From Candidatus Bathyarchaeum sp. (GTDB taxonomy: Archaea > Thermoproteota > Bathyarchaeia > Bathyarchaeales > Bathyarchaeaceae), in NCBI GenBank assembly GCA_026014495.1, contig JAOZIF010000073.1:1-13673 (forward strand): 13,673 nt of DNA, read 5' to 3'. Position numbers and translations under genes: made by a program. Every line of letters starts with the position of its first letter. The stretch's first letter is position 1. Below, piece by piece: positions 6,660 to 13,582 of the stretch. The notes beneath the pieces were generated by a model. It saw only the letters and a list, made by a program, of their open reading frames with translations. It was not told the DNA's origin and did not search any database.

Positions 6660-6926
6660 TCAGATTTTCCCTCTTCCTCTGAGTCTTAGTGCGTCAAAGA
6701 AGTAACGAATCGCTACCTTTTCGCTGACCACAAAATCGTCTCTTAGGTTCTCGATTGTTTCATTTATGAGCTTCATGAATTCCGTGTCCTCTGGACTTTC
6801 CGTTTCCGACCAATTCGCATTTTTTCCATGTTTTTTGATTAAGATTTCGTACAGTTCGTTTACCCTGTCCAGAATGTTCCCGTACGTTTTTGCGATTTTT
6901 TTCATGCGTTTCAGCTTGTAGCTCAT
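6660..6926 (-). CDS. Hypothetical helical protein, 88 aa
   Basis: ATG with GAGGT RBS; third gene of a compact minus-strand operon. Confidence 0.75.
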   Translation of the reverse strand: MSYKLKRMKKIAKTYGNILDRVNELYEILIKKHGKNANWSETESPEDTEFMKLINETIENLRDDFVVSEKVAIRYFFDALRLRGRGKI

Positions 6927-6936
6927 TTCAAGAACC

Positions 6937-7146
6937 TCACACGATTTTTGGGACTAGCTCCCGCCTTAATGTGCAAAGCTTCTCGATTGTCTCTCTGTCT
7001 GTTGCTCGCTCTAGTGCTCGCTCAATCAACGCAAGACAACCATGTTTCAATAGTTCATCCTGACTTGTGCACTCAAAAAATTCAACTAATTCTTTGATGC
7101 CTTCATGCGTCTTTTTGTGAACCCGTACGGTTGTTGCGTCACTCAT
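6937..7146 (-). CDS. Ribbon-helix-helix (CopG-like) protein, 69 aa
   Basis: AGGTGA RBS. 'TTVRVHKKTHEGIKELV....SQDELL' fits the RHH strand-helix-helix pattern. Confidence 0.7.
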   Translation of the reverse strand: MSDATTVRVHKKTHEGIKELVEFFECTSQDELLKHGCLALIERALERATDRETIEKLCTLRRELVPKIV

Positions 7147-7160
7147 GACTTGTCACCTTC

Positions 7161-7355
7161 TTAAGTTGTGTAAACCAAAATCGCAACGATTTCGTTATTT
7201 GTGGCATCCCACAAAGTTCCTAAACAATGGAGTTCCGTATTCAATCTGCGAGTTCCTAACAATGAAGCAATCTGTGCACTGACTTCAGCTTCCGAACCTC
7301 TCAGAACGTTAACCGTGTAAACGCCACTCTGTGTTGTATTCGTTTCCTCATTCAT
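7161..7355 (-). CDS. Small hypothetical protein, 64 aa (beta-alpha-beta-beta pattern, weakly Cse60/DUF2758-like)
   Basis: Strong AGGTGA RBS 6 nt before ATG. The fold suggestion comes only from the VYTVNVL / helix / AILVY pattern. Confidence 0.75.
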   Translation of the reverse strand: MNEETNTTQSGVYTVNVLRGSEAEVSAQIASLLGTRRLNTELHCLGTLWDATNNEIVAILVYTT

Positions 7356-7373
7356 TTCGTTTCACCTATTCAC

Positions 7374-7408
7374 ATATACATAATATATACGTTTAATATA
7401 CATATAAG
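7374..7408 (-). promoter_or_regulatory. Promoter of the minus-strand operon with three phased ATATAC repeats
   Basis: TTATAT TATA-like box (complement of 7402-7407); ATATAC at 7374, 7385 and 7396 (11-bp period). Confidence 0.6.
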
Positions 7409-7598
7409 TTTTATTGTTTTTGCATTAAATAAAACTAATAAGTCGGGATATGCATAATTAATACTGAGTTTCGGGTACACCAGAATCCAGAACTCAAGTC
7501 GAGAGAAGAATCTAGGGAATAATGGAAACTTCATTTTCCCCATTTTCTTTTTTGCTCAACATTGTTTTTTGCCGTGAAAAGTGCAAATCAACAGTACT

Positions 7599-7629
7599 TT
7601 TATAAGGAAGATATACAAATTTTTGTATA
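7599..7629 (+). promoter_or_regulatory. TATA box followed by a palindromic operator
   Basis: TTTATAAG (7599-7606), then TATACAAA-TT-TTTGTATA (7612-7629) covering the expected transcription start. Confidence 0.6.
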
Positions 7630-7754
7630 AAGAAGGCTGAGAGGTGAAGCGTCAAACATCATGGTCACAGAGAAGACAGAGCGACACCAGAATTACAACA
7701 ATGCTCTGGTTCTATGACTTGACGAAACAACCGAGTTGACCACAGTACGCAGAC

Positions 7755-7909
7755 AGGGAGTTCCTAGCTCGGCAACGGTTAGGTTGGATGCGTCCACTCG
7801 GAAACTCTCTCGCTCCGCTCCCCGCACTTTCAACTGACCCGCAGACACTAGCACGTGTTTACCCTATTTATACGGGACGGGAGTAGTAATAAGTGCTTGC
7901 ATAGTATGC
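7755..7909 (+). ncRNA. Structured leader / candidate cis-regulatory RNA or single-strand origin upstream of the wHTH gene
   Basis: Three-way junction: AGGGAGTT/AACTCTCT (7755-7762/7803-7810), CCTAGC-T-CG-GCAA-CG-GTTAGG (GNRA loop) and TGGA/TCCA. Then nested GCACTT/AAGTGC, CCCG/CGGG and AGACAC/GTGTTT, plus GCAT/ATGC. Confidence 0.4.
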
Positions 7910-7939
7910 CCTAATATACGAGAAAAAACACATTAATAA

Positions 7940-7970
7940 TTAAATCGGCACGATGAACGGCACGATTTAA
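7940..7970. repeat. Direct repeat inside an inverted repeat just upstream of the wHTH gene
   Basis: CGGCACGAT twice (7946, 7958; 12-bp period), flanked by TTAAATCG/CGATTTAA. Confidence 0.7.
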
Positions 7971-7990
7971 ACCAATTAGAGGTTAAAATA

Positions 7991-9145
7991 ATGTTAAAAA
8001 ATAACGAATCAACTAGACAGTCGATGAGTAAGTCAGTTAGTCAATCCACTAGCCTAGATGCTAACCAATTACAGGACATAAAAATTAATGATAATATAGA
8101 TACTAACCAAAAGTCCATCAACTCTAAAATTAACAGGTCTGTTAGTGAGAATGCGCCTTCAAAGTATGAAGAGTTTATAAAAGAACACTGTAAAAACTTC
8201 AATGTTGACTGGTTGAATGCCGAGTTTGATTATTTACTGGGAATGGTCGATAAACACGATTTTCGGCACGATTTTTCTTTGACCCAGAAGGAAATTCCTG
8301 AGCTTAAAGAAGTCCTAAAAGTAATGATAAAACCTGAAAGCGAAAGGATGTTCACTCGAAGTATTGAAGTTTCAAAAAGCATGGGAATCTCTCGAAGAAC
8401 AGCAAGAAAATATCTTCTCAGACTTTGTAAACTAAGATGGTGCATGAAGGGAAGGTGGGTAACATACACTGACATTAACCCATTTTTACAATTCCTGTTT
8501 TTTCTGTCACCAAAAACTACTCCTAAATTCATTCGAAATTTTGTGCCTAAACAGGTTGATTTGCTAGACATGTTTTCTTTTCCGCTATTACAAGCATATC
8601 GAGAAAAAGTTAATGATGTCAAGTTCATTTGGAGTCAAAAAGAACCAAATTTCAACCAACACTATTATCCAGCAATAAAGCGTAACGTGAAATTCTATCC
8701 CTATTTCAACGGTACCTTACAGATTAAAGCAGAAACGGATAACGGAGATTTCTATGCAACGCTCCCCTATAATATACACTGGACGGGAAGAAACAAGCAC
8801 GTAACGCTACCTATGCCCTTCAAGTTTTATGGAATCCAAGAATGCGGTATGTCCGATAAGAGCGATAAGTTAAAGGTTCATTTTGATAACTCAATTACTG
8901 TTGGGATTCCGCTAGGTTCTGCTAGTTATTCAAGTCGAAAACTATTGCATTCATGGGGACAAACTCATTGGTCAGACATGGCAAACAGATTTCTTCATAA
9001 ATTTTGGAAAAATGAGTATGTTGAATGCTTCGACTTTAAGACGCATGAAGAGATAATCAAGAACAGGTTGTTTTACAAAGCAATCCCGATTAAACAGGTC
9101 GAAGAGAGCACACTTCTATTGAAGCAGATAATCGCAGAAATCTAA
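7991..9145 (+). CDS. Winged helix-turn-helix protein, 384 aa; candidate replication initiator
   Basis: GAGGT RBS; internal wHTH 'RSIEVSKSMGISRRTARKYLLRLCKLRW'; low-complexity S/N/Q/D N-terminus. The Rep role is inferred only from size, position and adjacent repeats. Confidence 0.6.
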   Translation: MLKNNESTRQSMSKSVSQSTSLDANQLQDIKINDNIDTNQKSINSKINRSVSENAPSKYEEFIKEHCKNFNVDWLNAEFDYLLGMVDKHDFRHDFSLTQKEIPELKEVLKVMIKPESERMFTRSIEVSKSMGISRRTARKYLLRLCKLRWCMKGRWVTYTDINPFLQFLFFLSPKTTPKFIRNFVPKQVDLLDMFSFPLLQAYREKVNDVKFIWSQKEPNFNQHYYPAIKRNVKFYPYFNGTLQIKAETDNGDFYATLPYNIHWTGRNKHVTLPMPFKFYGIQECGMSDKSDKLKVHFDNSITVGIPLGSASYSSRKLLHSWGQTHWSDMANRFLHKFWKNEYVECFDFKTHEEIIKNRLFYKAIPIKQVEESTLLLKQIIAEI

Positions 9146-9165
9146 CATTATGGAGTCGGGTAAAA

Positions 9166-9432
9166 TTGGCTAAGAAACAACGGTTTACCGCTTACATTCC
9201 GCAACGCCTATACAATGTTGTTAAAGAAATCGAACCTTTGTTTAGGGATTTTGATTCGCCTAACCCTAGACATGGGAGTTTCAGCCGAGCTTTGGCATAC
9301 ATTGTTCAATATTACATGGGATGTGAAGACTATGTACAAAAGAAGGTATACCAAACGAAATTGGATGAAAAGTTGCTTGAGCATTTTATTCAGAAGGATA
9401 GGGAAAAGGTTCAAAAGATTTTGGATGGCTAA
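9166..9432 (+). CDS. RHH-like DNA-binding protein with an inter-helix insertion, 88 aa
   Basis: TTG start; 'RFTAYIPQRLYNVVKEI...SFSRALAYIVQYY'. Confidence 0.65.
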   Translation: MAKKQRFTAYIPQRLYNVVKEIEPLFRDFDSPNPRHGSFSRALAYIVQYYMGCEDYVQKKVYQTKLDEKLLEHFIQKDREKVQKILDG

Positions 9433-9892
9433 ACAGATGGATAAAGACGTAAAGGCGAATAGGAGCAAAATAGTTGAGGAAGCAATACGACTGATAGATA
9501 CTTCACAAAATGACCAACAATTTTTTGACGAAATTGCGATACAATTTCAAAAAGCTAATGAAACGCTATTGACAAAGCATATGGTAGCTAAACTACTGAA
9601 ATGGCTATGTGACAGACATAAGCTTCCGCAACTGAAAATAGAATATGTGGAGTTGCCACAATGGATGGATGGGCTATATACTGGGGAAACCAATACGGTA
9701 CAATTCAAAAATAGTCAATGTGTGACACTACTAACGTTAATGGAAGAATTTGGGCATCATGTTCTGTGGCATCAATACAATGGGATGTATGGACATAACG
9801 ATATTCATAAAACTGTGATTGAAACGACTCAAGATTACATAAAAAATATTGGCTTACAGACATACAATAACAATACGCACTTTTTTGTATAA
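9425..9892 (+). CDS. Zincin-like metallopeptidase (ImmA/IrrE- or SprT-like) with an EExxH motif, 155 aa
   Basis: Start moved from 9215 to ATG 9425 (8-nt overlap with the RHH gene). 'DGLY...TVQF...TLMEEFGHHV...GHND'. Confidence 0.65.
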   Translation: MAKQMDKDVKANRSKIVEEAIRLIDTSQNDQQFFDEIAIQFQKANETLLTKHMVAKLLKWLCDRHKLPQLKIEYVELPQWMDGLYTGETNTVQFKNSQCVTLLTLMEEFGHHVLWHQYNGMYGHNDIHKTVIETTQDYIKNIGLQTYNNNTHFFV

Positions 9893-9946
9893 AGTTGCCA
9901 ACAAAAGTATATGTGTATGTTTCACCTATGCTTTATTGTGGTAATA

Positions 9947-10753
9947 ATGAATCAATTAAATAATGATTTTAACACAGAAGTCACCTGTCAAAGATGCGGT
10001 TTACCTTTAGACCAGTGTACTTGTTCGCCTAGTCAAAAGAAAGCCGACAGAACCATTGAGATTAAACACACGTACGGCAACCCAGAAGCGGTTGATGATG
10101 AAGTAAAACGTCTCCGAAAGGAGTTAGCCTCAAAAAATTCTATTTTGGAGTTACAGGCTACTAAGGAGCTAGAAAAAGAAGTTAACAAATTTGATGCCGA
10201 TTTGGAGACGTTCCTGAATCAAGTGGACGATGAAGACAAAAAAGAGGAACTTGAGGGCATGTTTGAGTATGACCGAGATGACCCATACGACTTGGAGCGA
10301 GTCAAAGACAAACTTGCTAACGCTAAAATTTGGAGTGGATTAATCAAAGCGGGCATTGAAGGGCAAGGTGGGACTGTTTACAGCAACGATGGCGGTAGAC
10401 GCAAGTATGCAGGTAAAGCTAGACTACAGGGAAACGGAAACGAACCAAAACGAGATGCAGTTGCAGACAACTACAAGCAGTACATTGACGGATTATACAA
10501 CGTAGTAAAAGACCCATCAACAACTGTGGAACAGAAAGAAAAAGCGAACCGCACTCTCGATAGCCTATTCGGGGAAGTGATTAGAGGACTTAGAGTTGCA
10601 CGTAATAGAACAGGTTACGCAACGGGAACATATCAAATAGACGAGTGCCCTAACTGTGGAGCGTTGAATCAGGGAATTTTGGGAACTGATTTTGAAGCAT
10701 GCCCAGTGTGCGGATGGACACTTTTCTCAAGAGACGCTAAACGGAGTGATTAA
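9947..10753 (+). CDS. Hypothetical protein with N- and C-terminal Zn-binding motifs and an acidic coiled-coil, 268 aa
   Basis: Start moved to ATG 9947 (GTGGT RBS). CQRC..CTC at the N-terminus and CPNC..CPVC at the C-terminus. Confidence 0.8.
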   Translation: MNQLNNDFNTEVTCQRCGLPLDQCTCSPSQKKADRTIEIKHTYGNPEAVDDEVKRLRKELASKNSILELQATKELEKEVNKFDADLETFLNQVDDEDKKEELEGMFEYDRDDPYDLERVKDKLANAKIWSGLIKAGIEGQGGTVYSNDGGRRKYAGKARLQGNGNEPKRDAVADNYKQYIDGLYNVVKDPSTTVEQKEKANRTLDSLFGEVIRGLRVARNRTGYATGTYQIDECPNCGALNQGILGTDFEACPVCGWTLFSRDAKRSD

Positions 10754-10754
10754 A

Positions 10755-11171
10755 ATGCGTGACCCAGATACAACCGATTGGGCGGGACTTGGCTTCTACA
10801 AAGAATGCACGTTCAAATACGTCAAAAAGAAAGAGAACGGACAAATCATATGTGACGAGTACGACTTTTACGCAGAAGACAAAGACATTGTTTGTGGACG
10901 ATGTGGTCAACCGCAGTACACTTACCTCAGACCCGAAAGGACGGGTGTGATTCGCACATGTGTTTTCTGCAACATGACAAACGGACCAATTTCTAAATTG
11001 CTTGGGATTCACAGAAAAAGCTACGAAATTGACGAAGCGGAAGCCGTCAAAATCTTAGAGGCACGCAATGCGCCAAAACGTATAATTCAGAAATTCAAGA
11101 AACCGAAAAAGCGCAACAGTCCATTACAGAAGATGAGACGTAGCCGAGAGCGTCCCGCAGTCAGCAAATAA
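10755..11171 (+). CDS. Zn-ribbon protein with a basic C-terminal tail, 138 aa
   Basis: Start moved to ATG 10755 (GGAGTGA RBS, 1 nt after the previous stop). CGRC..CVFC, then a K/R-rich tail. Confidence 0.8.
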   Translation: MRDPDTTDWAGLGFYKECTFKYVKKKENGQIICDEYDFYAEDKDIVCGRCGQPQYTYLRPERTGVIRTCVFCNMTNGPISKLLGIHRKSYEIDEAEAVKILEARNAPKRIIQKFKKPKKRNSPLQKMRRSRERPAVSK

Positions 11172-11174
11172 CCG

Positions 11175-11220
11175 TCCATCAATCCATATGGTTTGATGGA
11201 TTCGTCCTTTTTCTTTTTTT
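11175..11220 (+). terminator. Near-perfect 26-bp palindrome followed by T-tracts
   Basis: TCCATCAATCCATATGGTTTGATGGA (one mismatched pair), then TTCGTCCTTTTTCTTTTTTT. Confidence 0.65.
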
Positions 11221-11240
11221 AATCTAACGGAGAGAAAAAA

Positions 11241-11684
11241 ATGAGTTTCAAGTTAAATAAAGAACCTGTACCCGAATTTCGCTGTCCCTACTGTAGGAGC
11301 TTGATTCCAGAAGATTTGGACGGTGCTAAAGTCTGTCCACAATGCGGAAAGATACTCAGATGTAAGTGTGTGATTTGTGGCGTATCTTTTGTTAAACGTG
11401 ATGTGGGAATGCGATGTGTCTGTTTTTCTGAAGAGTGTTTGAAGGTTTATCGCCATGCATGCGGTTCTGGAAATCGTTTTTGGCAAATCCGTTACTGTCG
11501 CTTGTGTAAAAAGAACATTGGGAAAGTAAAAAGAAATTATTGCTCAGATGAATGTCGGTCAGTTTATCTTGAAACAAGAAAGCGCATCAGGGGAACTTTT
11601 GAGAAAAAGGACTGGGAAACCGAGTTTGAGCGTTTAGCTGAACTTGGCAAAGATTACCGTTTTGAAGGTGAAGAAAATGTCTAG
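11241..11684 (+). CDS. Multi-zinc-finger protein, 147 aa
   Basis: CPYC..CPQC, CVIC..CFSEEC and CRLC..YCSDEC; the last two resemble FCS/TRASH-type treble-clef modules. Confidence 0.8.
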   Translation: MSFKLNKEPVPEFRCPYCRSLIPEDLDGAKVCPQCGKILRCKCVICGVSFVKRDVGMRCVCFSEECLKVYRHACGSGNRFWQIRYCRLCKKNIGKVKRNYCSDECRSVYLETRKRIRGTFEKKDWETEFERLAELGKDYRFEGEENV

Positions 11685-12132
11685 AAAGAAGGGACGCTTA
11701 GTTCAGAAAATCATTCTTAGCGATTTAGAATCTTTTGGAGAGTTGAGGGGAAAGCTGTCCAACGCTGACCAAAAGCGAGTTTACAATAGAGCATACAAAA
11801 GATTGTATGACCAAAAGCTCACAAAAGAGCAGATTCAATCTGGATTAGTTGAGTCGGTTCGCTCCGAGCTTTTCAAAATGTTACCGAAACCTGAAACCAA
11901 AATCGTTACTGATGCCGAGAAAGAAGAGCGGGAAGAATTTGAAAAAATAAAGGATTACCCTGTCCGTATGCGTGGATTTGATATCTGGGGAGATTCAGAG
12001 GATAGGAAAGATAAAGCTCTGAAAGATTTGGAAGGCACCTTCAATACTCATGTTAACGAATACATGAGGATGAACATTTGTCCTATCTGCAAAAGTTCTG
12101 TTTGTCGCTGTAATAGAAATGAGCTTGAATAA
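11677..12132 (+). CDS. Hypothetical helical protein with a C-terminal CxxC-x4-CxC, 151 aa
   Basis: Start moved to ATG 11677 (GGTGA RBS, 8-nt overlap with the previous gene). Confidence 0.8.
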   Translation: MSRKKGRLVQKIILSDLESFGELRGKLSNADQKRVYNRAYKRLYDQKLTKEQIQSGLVESVRSELFKMLPKPETKIVTDAEKEEREEFEKIKDYPVRMRGFDIWGDSEDRKDKALKDLEGTFNTHVNEYMRMNICPICKSSVCRCNRNELE

Positions 12133-12133
12133 A

Positions 12134-12289
12134 ATGACTGAATACACGGATTTGTGCGGTTGCGAGTGGGAAGAAATCAAAGGTATTTGGGTATGTGTGA
12201 AACGTTGTGAAAAGCACTCTAAACCTAAACCGAAACCTGAGTTTCGACCTAAGAGCGAGTGCTGTCGTGCTGGTGGAAAGTGGGATTAA
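12134..12289 (+). CDS. Small Cys-rich protein, 51 aa
   Basis: Not in the ORF track. MTEYTDLCGCEWEEIKGIWVCVKRCEKHSKPKPKPEFRPKSECCRAGGKWD. Starts 1 nt after the previous stop and ends 3 nt before the integrase stop. CGC...CxxH motif. Confidence 0.7.
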   Translation: MTEYTDLCGCEWEEIKGIWVCVKRCEKHSKPKPKPEFRPKSECCRAGGKWD

Positions 12290-12292
12290 GCT

Positions 12293-13525
12293 TTAGTTTT
12301 CTTCAGCTTCTTTCTGTTTCCGTTTTCTGATTTCCTCTTGTGTTTCAACCGTTACCTCAAATTCGCCTTTCGCCACAAGCTCTAGCATATGCTCTAACTT
12401 TTCGTAGTTTGTCTTAAGCAGTTCAATTTCCTGTTTCTGTCCCTCAATTTCCGCTTTCTGTTTCTCGTTTTCTTCGCCAATCTGGGAAAGCAATTTTGCT
12501 TGTGTCAGTTGTGTGGTTCTCAAATCCTGTATGTCTTTTCGGTTCTGGATACCGTTTATTGTTAAGAACTGGAAAGTTCTTTCATAAGATTCTTTGATAG
12601 TCGGTTCATCATAATCGTAGTTTGCTCTTGCGCCTCTGCGCTTGTGACCCATCATAGCGTCTTTCAGTTCTTGCGGTTGAATGTTTGCTCTCAACAGTGC
12701 GCTATTGTAAGAGCTTCTTAGGCTTTTGGTTTTGAATTCCTGTACTCTTTCTTCCCCAAAAGCTCTTTCAACCAATCCCCGAATTGCTTCATGTACTGCT
12801 CTGACCTTCAATCGTGTTCCTGTTTGTATTGTTGTTGAAACGAAAATGAATCCTTCTTGTGGGTTGCCCATTTCTTGAAGTAATGCTTTGATGTCGTGAA
12901 CGCATTCAAAACTTAAGCATGTGGATTGAATGTTTCCCGTTTTTTCTCTCGGCTTTTCTATGAAAAAGTGTTCGCCTTCTGGACAATCGTAAAGTCCCAT
13001 CAAATCTTCAATTCTGAGGTTCACAGCATCGATTTCGGATAATCCGCTCTGATACAGACACAAAAGAAGTGCCCTGTCTCTCAAGTTGGCATGACTGTAC
13101 ATTTTCCGTATTTCTTCATTTGTGGGAGTCCATCTTTGACGGATTGCTCTCTGTGTTTGTGTTGTTTCCCAATCTCCACGCTTTAGCACTAAAGGTAAAC
13201 TGTTTCGTGCAAAAAAGCTAGCAACTGTTTTGAGGTAAGCTTTGATTGATGCGTCACTCAGGGTACCTTTTTCTTCCATAAACGCTTTGTATTCTCTCCA
13301 TTTGCTTTCAAAAAAGAATCTCTGTGTTAAATCTGGACTTATGGTATCCTGTATTCTTTTCTGGATTTGCTCGGTTGGAGTCATGACCACAAAGTCGAGC
13401 CAGTCTTTGAATGCGAAAATGTAGTTTCTCTTTGTTTTTTCCGCTAATCCCACTAGCCATTTCTGTACATATTCATCTCTGAGGTAGTTTCGTTGAATGT
13501 ATGCTTTTCTTCCCCTAGTTTCCAA
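12293..13525 (-). CDS. int: Tyrosine recombinase/integrase, 410 aa, with a C-terminal coiled-coil
   Basis: 'RDRALLLCLYQSGLSEIDAVNLRIED', 'REKTG', 'KSLR', 'MMGH' and 'ANY' motifs. The track's GTG (13534) is part of a GAGGTGA RBS, so the start was moved to TTG 13525. Confidence 0.9.
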   Translation of the reverse strand: METRGRKAYIQRNYLRDEYVQKWLVGLAEKTKRNYIFAFKDWLDFVVMTPTEQIQKRIQDTISPDLTQRFFFESKWREYKAFMEEKGTLSDASIKAYLKTVASFFARNSLPLVLKRGDWETTQTQRAIRQRWTPTNEEIRKMYSHANLRDRALLLCLYQSGLSEIDAVNLRIEDLMGLYDCPEGEHFFIEKPREKTGNIQSTCLSFECVHDIKALLQEMGNPQEGFIFVSTTIQTGTRLKVRAVHEAIRGLVERAFGEERVQEFKTKSLRSSYNSALLRANIQPQELKDAMMGHKRRGARANYDYDEPTIKESYERTFQFLTINGIQNRKDIQDLRTTQLTQAKLLSQIGEENEKQKAEIEGQKQEIELLKTNYEKLEHMLELVAKGEFEVTVETQEEIRKRKQKEAEEN

Positions 13526-13563
13526 AGTTATCACCTCTGTATTGTCTTTTTGTCTTCATAAAC

Positions 13564-13582
13564 TGTGCGCTTAAAACGCACA
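13564..13582 (-). promoter_or_regulatory. Integrase TATA box embedded in an inverted repeat
   Basis: TGTGCG-[TTTTAAG on the minus strand]-CGCACA, about 30 nt upstream of the RBS. Confidence 0.55.

Noticed and set aside
6466-6689. Track ORFs 6466..6651 and 6492..6689 (+)
   Set aside because: Antisense to the minus-strand operon, no RBS, and they overlap the hairpin leader.
7644-7739. Mini-ORFs after the GAGGTGA motif (31 aa from GTG 7644; 18 aa from ATG 7661)
   Set aside because: RBS spacing is wrong for either start and there is no motif; a leader peptide cannot be excluded but is unsupported.
7755-7810. Type III hammerhead ribozyme
   Set aside because: The topology and GAAAC are suggestive, but the catalytic core reads UUGGAUG instead of CUGANGA and stem II is inadequate.
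8200-8240. Rep_trans (rolling-circle initiator) assignment from the 'VDWL' motif
   Set aside because: The other family motifs (R.DxAxD, YxG...S...RxYxK) are not convincingly present.
9215-9424. N-terminal 70 aa of track ORF 9215..9892, and the upstream extensions of 9911, 10692, 11644 and 13534
   Set aside because: They overlap the preceding gene or the RBS; downstream starts have proper RBSs or coupling overlaps.
8230-13424. Track ORFs 8230..8628(-), 9208..9468(-), 10737..11012(-), 10759..10950(+), 11253..11486(-), 11392..11577(-), 11995..12180(-) and 13242..13424(+)
   Set aside because: Antisense or out-of-frame shadows of supported genes.
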